The position numbers were made by a program, and so were the translations under genes. A stretch of 55,763 nucleotides of DNA, filler included, from Sphacelaria rigidula (Eukaryota), in assembly GCA_964200075.2 (NCBI GenBank). It is 6 parts of 6 records of this genome, joined end to end, with 100 filler letters (N's around TTAATTAATTAA, not from the genome) between each part and the next. Parts side by side here need not be neighbours in the genome. Positions count along the whole stretch, not along the records: positions 46,554 to 55,763 come from CAXNAA020009040.1; 5 more parts are not named here. One strand, written 5' to 3'. This document shows, one piece after another, positions 47,106-55,763 of this stretch; position 1 is the stretch's first letter; the number at the start of each line of letters is the position of its first letter. The notes under the pieces were generated by a model that was not told where the DNA came from, made no database searches, and worked only from the letters and a program-made list of their open reading frames with translations.

Positions 47106-47829
47106 TCATACCGTAACTACTCCAATGAAGTAGTGAAAATATCATTTTTTTCTCCCGGTTTCAGCCGGTGATGCATCTCTTCATATTTCATTCATTACTT
47201 TTTCCTCGAGACACATTTATTTCTTCAAATAAACGTCATCAAGGAAGGAAAGGCAGAAAAACAAAGTCTCATTTTACGAAAAACATCAACTTTCAGTCAC
47301 CGCAATATTTTGCGCACGTATAATTTTCTCGATAACACCACACAACACACATAGTCGTACAACAGGCGCTGAGTTTCCGGGGGGGGGGGGCATCCTAGTT
47401 ATAGCTGGAAAGCTGGTGAACAAATTGGATGGGCTTATGTCGAGGCCATTCAACTCATCATGGTAGGCGAGCGTCACCGCCGCCCCCCGCGCTTCAATCG
47501 AGTACACGTATCGCCATCCCTGCGCGGACGAACGCCATGAAGGGCAAAGGTCCTTACGACAAAGCAAAGCGCGTGGCCGACCAATAAACAAAAAAGACAA
47601 AGTCCTTGACCGCATACATACAGCGATACAACCACACCCTGTATAATTACCAGCAGTTCTTACCGTTAAGCCATATACATCATGTATGTAGCGACTTCCG
47701 TTCTATCTTCCCACGCATTACTCATTGAAATCATAACACATTTGCACTATATAAAAAAACATATTGGGAGCGTTCAATCCTCGCGTTTCTTAGCGCCTGC
47801 GTGTGCGTGTGACTGTATGCAGCAGAGCA

Positions 47830-48146
47830 CTGAGGGGATCTACGCGAACCTGGCGATATAAATCCATGGTTGACACACTTTTTTTTTGTCAAAAACCATA
47901 ACTCTAAAACCCTAACCCCATCTCAAACCCAGGCAGAGTATCCTCCTGCAAGTGGAATACATCCAGTGCCCTAGGCACAGTGTGCGCCGTTTGGCCGATT
48001 TGAGCCTTAGCGCTGTGCTGCGCCACGCTGGGCGAGCCGTTGGGACTGTGAGCCCTTTCTGAAAATACGAAATATAACCGTCCACACTAAAAGCAAGTTT
48101 TCGTCAACCATGGATTTTTATCGCCGAGTTGGCGTAAACTCTACTG
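47830..48146. mobile_element. MITE (~315 bp) with ~40-bp imperfect TIRs
   Basis: TACGCGAACCTGGCGATATAAATCCATGGTTGAC vs GTCAACCATGGATTTTTATCGCCGAGTTGGCGTA. Confidence 0.75.
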
Positions 48147-48472
48147 ACACTACTACTGGACATGCCGTGCTTGGGTTGCCACCCACTTAGTGTACGCACG
48201 CTTGAATCAAACTCTATAAAAGTAACGCAACCTAGCACATTCACGAACGACCATGAAAATCAACGTTTCAAACAAATCAAATTTCCCGAGCTTTGGTGTG
48301 TCCACGCCCCCCCCCCCCACGTACGTCATCATGTTTGCACATGCAACAGGCATAAGCAATGCTTACATTTTTTGTACCGTCTCCGAATAAGCCCCACCAC
48401 CAATCCAAGGCGGTGAAGTATAAGACCCCTGATAAACCTTGTTTTCCACGTCAATATTCTAGGAAAGCAAGA

Positions 48473-48738
48473 GACAATTTCTACGATAGCCCCCCCCCAC
48501 CACCACCACAAAGTGCTTTGTTTGAGGAGATTTCACGTAAAATCGAAACGAAATAAGCTGAGCATAACGAGCAGTTGGGAATTCCCACGCTTGGGTTCGT
48601 TCCCGCCAATGTCGCTCATATGAGGTGCTTCATGCAGCCTGAACCCAAAACATCAGGCGCTGGATGCCCATTTTTTCGTGACACTTTTGAGCTGTTTTTT
48701 TTTTGGGTGGGGTGGGGATGGCTATCGTAGACAGTGTC
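48473..48738. mobile_element. MITE, 266 bp, termini GACA...TGTC, 4-bp TSD AAGA
   Basis: TIRs GACAATTTCTACGATAGCC-C-run and G-run-GGCTATCGTAGACAGTGTC. AAGA at 48469-48472 and 48739-48742. Confidence 0.8.
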
Positions 48739-51111
48739 AAGACTATACCCCCCCCCTCTTCTACCTATTCCGAAATACCCCTTTCTACACAACGCACAAC
48801 CCCGACACGATTACATGAACGACACAAGTGACCGCCACAATATTCTCCTTCGACATTGGAATGTATACGTCGACAGGCTTGTCACTCTGTGCCACAAAAA
48901 CGATAGGTGGCGCACCCCCATAAAAGAGACGACGGTGGAGTCCATGAGATCGGTGGGGAAACAATCTCTCCCGTACACCAGTCTGCTGCACAATTTTGAC
49001 GACAGTGCCGCAGCTCAATTTTTCATGCTCCAATATTTAGATAGAATGAGCTTACTACAAGCGCCCCATTCCTCCCCTCGTCCCCCTCGATTCTTCATTG
49101 CCTCAGTTCAAACGATACTCCCAGACTGTTTTTCAGACTAGCTGCACGAGTGTCATGTGCATGCCTTTTTTCAAGATGACAACAGCTGACAAGGCGAAAT
49201 CAACACATTTCAACTCTTTTTCACTCTCCATTCCTCATGAGGTTCTTCAACTGAGAAAGGCCAAGTGAAGTGAAGTCCACATCTATTTGCGGAACGGTCA
49301 CCATCGAAAAAGGCAGGACGCCATACCCCTCATCATATGATGTATTTGAATAGTCGATAGATATTTCCCGCGTCGACAAACGATTGTAACCAAGAGCCAT
49401 GATAACAAAATAGACAATCCTATTCCAGTTGTCCGTCACTTCGTCGCACTTGGCGTCAACATATATATATATATATATATTCCTAGGTTATGTGGAGCTG
49501 GGGGGAAAAGTTACTCTCCTGTGTAGGACGCCGTATTTCAATCAATCCTCTGAATACCACCTTCAACTTCTGATTACTTTCTTCTTTTTTCTAGACATTC
49601 CTAGAGCACCTCACATGTACCGATATCGACTCAAAAGCAGCGACAGAACCATGGGTAGACAAGACGAACAGTTGTCAACTCTGAAAAATCGAATTGAGCA
49701 AAGTGGCGGTGAACAGAACGAGGAGGGGATAATGGGGGGGGGAGGGGCGAAGCAATTACCACATCGCCCCATCGCTTCTTGCTCATGTGCTGGATCTGTG
49801 CCCTACAGAGGAGATGAGTGGAAAAGCTGCCGCTCGCTGAAACACCACCATGCAGATATACATCAGGAACATTATATACATATTCGTGTTGCTGTACTGT
49901 AGGTTGATTGCCTTGTTCCTCCGAATATTGTTCCTCCGAATACTGCATACTTTCGCGAAAAACATGCAAAATTTCTTCCACCTTTCCCCTTGTTTCGAAC
50001 TTGACCAACGCAGCAATAAATGTATGAAACATTGGCTTCTTGCTCAGATCACACCGCAACTTCCCCATCCCCCCTTTCCCACGAGGCAAAGATTGACCTC
50101 TCAATCGTTCCACAACTCCGCACATACCCCGTATCCTCGTGGTGGGGGCGGGACGCTCGACCAAGAGTCACTGCCGCCTATAGTACACACCCCTATGCTG
50201 CCGAGAACATGCGCCCGGGTTAACACAACACACAGAAACAAGTAGCAGCAAAACTATCCAGTTGCAGGCATACGCACCACGGTAGCAGTGTTATGCTCGC
50301 TTCCGCACAGATTCGTAAGGCCGACATGTAGCAGGAGTTCCACACCGTCGTCTCCTGACTGCATGAAACTGCACGTGCGGAAGGTAGGGGAGGAGGCAGG
50401 GAGAAACGAGCTTCATCAGCCTCGCCAATCGCATGCAACCGCGGGCACGGGGAGCATTTCCTCCAGCTCGTGATCCGGCGAGTGCCCAATGAAGCCCCCC
50501 TCGCGTCGCCACTGTCCGTCTGCGAAGAGATAGCGATGCCGTGGAGGCGCCGGTCCCACCTTGTCGAAGCATCGCTGACAGAGGTCATAGTCCGGGCAGC
50601 TCTTGCAATGATATCTAGGGCCGCAGAAATCCTGCTGCCCGCTGCGGTGTTTGCCGTGGAACGGAGTTGGGTATAAATAGGCGGCAAAGGCACGGTTCAG
50701 TCGATCGAGGTTTCAGGGGATGTGCAGATGGATTTGCTGCGGTAGTGTGGGCCTCGTGCCTGTGAAGAACAGGCTCCTCTCTTGTACCTCGATGCTGTGA
50801 TTACACAAGTCAGGTGTGGGAATGAAACGGCGGGAAAGTAAAGACGAGAAAATGGCCAGAAAAGACAACCGACTGCTTTCAAGGACAGGAGTGGGGTCAC
50901 TGGATGTAACTCATATCTCGAATCGATCGATAAGTCACAGAACTGGACCCGTTCGTGACGTTCGCTGAACTTACTTTTCTTGTTTACGATCCTAAACTAA
51001 AGGATGGATAGAATGTGCTGAACAAACGCGGGGGCTAGCTGCATAGTTGTTCAAAGTACGGGATAAAATGCAGCTTAGCGTGGGGGATTCGTGTGAAATC
51101 GCACTTCTTAC

Positions 51112-51945
51112 CAACTATCGCAAATGAATGCCAGATGCCTCCCTCTCGCCACATACTCCAGAGTCTCCCTCGCGTTGACATGTCGCCGTTGGTCATGGGC
51201 AATGCGCGCACGGAATCCTTGATAACCCAAAGACTCGCAAATCTCCACCACTTGCGGTAGCTGTAAGGCATGTTCGCGTAGAAAATACAACAGATGTAGG
51301 GCGTGAAGGGGATATCGCAGACGTTTCATCGAAGCATTCAACACAGTCATCCTCACGTCACAACGTGGAGAAGCGAACGAAGGAGCGTAGAAGAAGGTTA
51401 TTACACTTTGCTCAGCAAAAAAAGCAAGAAATTTCCCTCCCCGCCATGCCTGCCGACAGTCGCACCGCAATTCGGCCACCATTCCATGTCTTGTGTAGTG
51501 TGGTCGAGGAGACATCCCCAAGAACGACGCAAACAAGGGCCCCTTCCACATAAGTACACACATACCTTGATGAGATGAACGCGCCCTAGCGGGCCCTCTC
51601 CCCGCAGTAGTTTCCGCATATCCTCCACCAACCCCTCCGTCATCCCCCCGTACATCCGTCGCACTAACGCCTGCCCTCCTCCTCGCACACCTGCCCCATC
51701 CCGACGGTAGAAGCAAACAGACGAGCCTGCTGCCACGCCGAAGGTTTCCAATGTTAGCGTCGTCGAGGTGACCTCGGTCGGGGCCTGCCGTCGTGACCGT
51801 TTCGCTGACGAGCAGTGCCGGTCTGCTTTTGGACAATCGGCAAACCGCTTGTACTTGCCAAATCTCCTGGTGGGAGGAATTAAGGCGTTTGTACTGTTTT
51901 TTTTCGTCGAGCAAGGGTGAGCGGTGTGGGCCCTTAAGCCGTCAC

Positions 51946-51976
<31 letters not shown>

Positions 51977-54900
51977 ACTACTTCTAATCAACAGGTTGGC
52001 CCTGGCGATGGAGGTCGGCGTCACGTGGCCCGATAAAGCCAGGTGTGTACCAAACGAGCCGTCTGGCAACACAGGCGATCTTTGTGTCTGTTCGTCGGTG
52101 TGCAATATCTACATGACAACCAATGCCAACGAGCAACGGCGGAATGTCAGGACGAACGCGCACGCAGGTAACCAGGCATGAGGGTGGGACGCGTGAGCAG
52201 ATAAAAAACGAACGACCGATATTGAGAATATGTTGGGCGTTTTCTTGACGGCGCTTCGGGAAAACACGGCGACAAGAAAAAACAAACAACCTTGTCCGTA
52301 CACAACTATCGGTGCTCGCCTTTAGCAAAATCACCCCGCCTATTTTGGTTGCCAAAAAATCCAAGCAAAGTAGAAGTAGAATCTCCAGATGGAAGACAAA
52401 AAGATGCGGGACTCAGGTACTGTAGGGTGAGTTGTACAGATGAGATGCGTTACCTGGCTGCTGCGAACATTTTTATACCATACTCGAAAAAGCGATTTTG
52501 CGTGCAACGGCTTCGTGCGATTTCGGAGGCAGTAAACGGTGGGCGGCCACAGGAACGGCTTGCCGCCCAAGGGTGTCCGAGCGAAAACAGTCAAACAGAA
52601 AATCAGAGAAACCGAAATTGAACCGTTCGAGTTCCAACACAGAAACCTTTAAAATAGAGGGACAAACGTCAGCTCGATGCTGAAGGTACGATTTTCCCGG
52701 ATCGTCCTACGCGGACAGCCGACCGATTGGTCCACCTCAACTGATCTGTGACAACAGGTCATGTCAACTTGAGTAACCACATGCGGGAGTATAACGCGAT
52801 GGCAAAAAAACTGGTGTGGGGAAAAAAGAGCAAAGGGCAGTACATCTTCCGTACGGCTACTTCCTACGAACCGTCGCTGCGTGTCCTTACCTTCGCTGGC
52901 TTCTGACCATTCGAGCCGTCTTGCCACGCGCAGGGCAAATCCTCTAGATACGCCCCTAGATCCTCCGGCCGTGTGCCGTCACCGATTTTATCCGCCGCCA
53001 GCTCGAAAAGCGCTCGGAGCGGGCTACTTGACCGCAGGATCGCGTGGGTCAGGTACTCGGGCCCCCTGACGCTACATCGGCTCCCGCTGCCAACAACACC
53101 ACCACGGCCACCATCCTCGTCACCGTCATCTTGTTGCCCACCGATCTCTCCACCTGTAGCCCCCCCGCGATTGTATCCAGTCGTGCTGCTTTTGAGTCCG
53201 AGCGTCTTCAGGAAAACCAAGATGCGCTCCTGTTTTGGATGTCGATTCTTTTCTGCCGAGCGAACATCTTGATCCCCCTCGCTTGAGCCCATCGTACCAT
53301 CTTCTCCCAGTGTAATCGGGACCTTTGGATCTTCCTTTGCCTCCGTGTCCACCACTGCCAGAGCCACCGATGGTTGCCCGCTACCCCTGTCCGGGTGAAG
53401 CGGTGCCTCGCCGCCGGCTGCTCCCCACGCCAATGGTTGTTGCATGTCCCACCGGGGCATATCGGTCATGCAAGCGAGGCGGACGCCACCATAGAATTCC
53501 TGCGCAATCACTGGCGGCGACGGCGGCTTCCCAATGTCGGTCGACATCGGCAAGCGCGGGTGGTTCTTCTCAGCTTCCCAGAAGCCGCCGTCGCGACGCT
53601 GCTCGACCCAAAGTCTTACCCTGCATGTATCGTCCACCATGTCGCCAGTGAGGAGGCGCTGGAGGCTCGGAGATTCCTGCCCGTCGTCGATGGCGCGAAC
53701 TGGCAAGTTATCCGCGCTGAAGAAACACGATAGTGGCAAATGTAGGGCGTCAGGGATGACAGTCAGGGAGGAGGCAGTGAGAGAAACATACGATTGAAGA
53801 CTCCTGAGCGTGTTGAGCGGCGCGTTTGGTGTGCCCCCATTTGGTCAAACTTTGTGTGGAGATGTGACTCTTTTTGTGTATCGCTCAAATAAAAACGTTC
53901 AAGTACACATCCCAGGCGTTTCTCCATGCTCCCCAACGATCACAAGCGAAACAGTAAAGACCTGCCTATAACCAACGGAATAGACGCAAATCGAAATCAT
54001 TGTACGAACATGTCAAAACCACAGCAACATCCAGAAACTCTTGCTCATACACGCACCTTAGGAGCTCCCTAGGCGCGAGGGGAGCGTCTGTCACCGGCTG
54101 GGTGATCACCCACAACCTGATGTCGGGCGACTCAACGTCATCACCGAGTACGCGCGCTACCATTTTCTCCAGCTCCTCTAAACTTGTGCACTGCAAAACT
54201 TCTAAAGTCAAGCACGGCAACGATCCATCGCAACGGGTAGTTGGACATTTTTTCTTGGACTTTTCCCCGTCATCACCCCCACCCACGTCCTCCCCGCCCA
54301 TTCCTCGGCCATCACCCATCCGCTCTTCATCTGCAGGTGGACTACCAGCAGCCGAACCACCCGGCGGACCCCCATCGGCGGCGGCGGCGGCGGTGCCACC
54401 GCAGCCGTGTGAATAGTGTTCCGGTTTCTGATCCGCTTGAACGTTCACGACGCCGAAGCCACGGTGAGCTGCGAGGTCAGCGGTGGTGTAGATATGCAGG
54501 ACGAGGAATAGCAGTCGGACGCGGAGCCTAATGGTCAGGCTTCCGTCACCTTGCAAAAAACCCTCCTGGGGGTTCTGTGCAGCAGTGGAGCGAACGGGGG
54601 GGGGGGGGGGACGAGGCGACGCTCATAGTCACCCTCTACAGCCTGCGGCGTGAAAAACAACATCCCAAGGTCATGTCCACCTGCTCTGAAAAATATCTAC
54701 GGGTCCAACACAAAACAATGACTAGGGCAACGTTTGTGCAGAGCATAGTTTCATCGCACCGCAGGGTACACAAAAAGGACCGGCCTTGTTATCCTGGCCG
54801 TACAGTACATGTACCCGGAATGGCAACACTAAATACTTCGACAACGTCATCACGACAATACCCGTCACATGACACGGCGCAGTCAGGTTACATCACGTAC

Positions 54901-55635
54901 CTGCATAATCGACGTTGGCAGAAGGCAGTGGACTCCCCAGCTGCTCCGCCCCGGATAAAACCGATCACCATCCATCGACGACACCCACGTCACGTTCTTC
55001 CGCCCGCCCTGATTGATCGCCGACAAGGAAAACGCGGCGCAGCATTCCCTGCTTATAACCGCCTCATCCCCGACGTGTGAGCAAGAGGCATATGTAATCG
55101 CCCGCCCTTCCCGCCTCCTAAAGCGGCGCCGGCGCCTCCTCAACCCGTGCGGATCCCGCCTGACAATCGATCCAGCGCCCCATTTCGACGGTGGTGGCGG
55201 CTGCTGCCGAGCAGCTCCACTTTCTGACGCCGACACCAGCGTCTCGGCCACTACGTTGAACATCTCATTTTCGACACTATCCCCTTCTTCGCTTCCGTCG
55301 TCACCCTTCATCTGGGCTCCCTTTGCTGCGTTTTTTACTTCGATATCCGACTCCGCGCCGTCAGATTCGGGAGGTTCGCTCCAAGGATGGCCCGGACCGA
55401 CTGGCAATGGGGGTGGCGGGAAAGGATGCGCAAACGCGAACCCCTCGCCCCACGGTGGCGTGTTCGGCAGCTCCTCGGGAAAGAAGACACCGAGATAGAC
55501 CGACAGGCCTTTCTCGATGCGGGCGCCCCCGGCGGCTTCTGCTTGGTCAGCAGCGCGCGGGTTGCCGCTAGGGTCGGCTAGGAGCGTGAAGGAGTAGCCG
55601 CAAAGACGGAATGGTGGGAAGTAGCGCCTGAGGGA
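51112..55635 (-). CDS. USP7/UBP12-related protein: MATH(TRAF) - Ubl - Ubl - UBA-like, with no intervening C19 peptidase domain (partial)
   Basis: Exons 55635-54901, 54574-54057, 53716-52891, 51784-51566 (acceptor less certain) and 51260-51112 join in phase. MATH: YFPPFRLCGYSFTLLADPSGN...LSVYL...AAFSLSAINQ...DRFYPGRSSWG...NPQEGFLQGDGSLTIRLRV. Ubl1/2-like: LEVLQCTSLEEL...IRLWV, ILVFLK...YLTHAIL...LRALFELAADKIG...LGAYLE...TLETFGVAAGSSVCFYR. UBA-like: VVEICESLGYQGFRARIA...NARETLEYV. Confidence 0.75.
51947..51977. repeat. (CTG)n microsatellite
   Basis: Tandem CTG. Confidence 0.9.
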
Positions 55636-55671
55636 CTGGTAAAAAGGGGGGTGAAAATGGGAGACGCGTGC

Positions 55672-55745
55672 GGGGGGGGGGGGGGGGGGGCAATGGTTGT
55701 TTGCCTTAGTGGCTTGCCCTTTGACCCCGCATTCCTTCCGGGATG
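55672..55745 (-). repeat. Degraded 3' end of family A LINE next to a G-run
   Basis: G-run followed by TTGTTTGCCTTAGT...TTGACC.CGCATTCC resembles the reverse complement of the family terminus. Confidence 0.6.
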
Positions 55746-55763
55746 GGGTAAGGGGGGGGGCGG

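Noticed and set aside
47925-48058. Open minus-strand frames with a good-looking acceptor
   Set aside because: Lies inside the TIR-bounded element 47830-48146 and has no partner exons.
50617-51111. Expected ZZ zinc-finger exon after HLAFICDS
   Set aside because: No downstream exon with the RYxC..C..DLC pattern was found. The nearest phase-compatible acceptors (e.g. ~50760) give non-ZZ peptides, so ZZ remains speculation.
51787-52750. Additional small exons (52745-52660, 52560-52453, 52078-51787) in the USP7-like gene
   Set aside because: Their phase does not match the 52891 donor, and joining directly to 51784 restores the USP7 Ubl2-like spacing. Cannot be excluded without RNA-seq.
1-55763. 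CRISPR array, rRNA, prokaryotic operon or viral hallmark genes
   Set aside because: I saw no regularly spaced repeat-spacer array, no rRNA motifs and no intronless gene clusters.

Overview
This is eukaryotic, intron-rich, transposon-rich genomic DNA, most likely from a brown alga (Phaeophyceae). That assignment is inferred from gene structure, a flagellar dynein and the repeat style; it is not proven. The window is not one locus. It is six near-equal fragments (1-9211, 9312-18522, 18623-27833, 27934-37143, 37244-46453, 46554-55763) joined by 100-nt N/TTAATTAATTAA linkers, so no synteny can be read across the linkers. Spliced partial genes were rebuilt by hand from GT-AG junctions with consistent phases: a CECR5/HDHD5-like HAD-IIA hydrolase (+), the C-terminus of an orphan gene (-), the C-terminus of an axonemal dynein heavy chain (-), a coiled-coil protein (+), the C-terminus of an alpha/beta hydrolase (-), and a USP7/UBP12-like MATH-Ubl-Ubl-UBA-like protein with no catalytic USP domain between MATH and Ubl (-). 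Mobile DNA includes two decayed non-LTR retrotransposon families (an AT-rich APE+RT+CCHC family ending in poly(C), and an RTE-clade element), an abundant (AATC)n-tailed 3'-end repeat, several MITE/foldback elements and a tRNA-like Pol III element. I found no CRISPR array, rRNA or prokaryotic system. The best leads are: (1) the catalytic-less USP7-like adaptor; (2) a poly(C)-ended LINE that appears to target C-tracts and nest in itself; (3) TIR elements with RACA...TGTY termini and 4-bp TSDs; (4) a triplicated, synonymously diverged dynein C-terminus.
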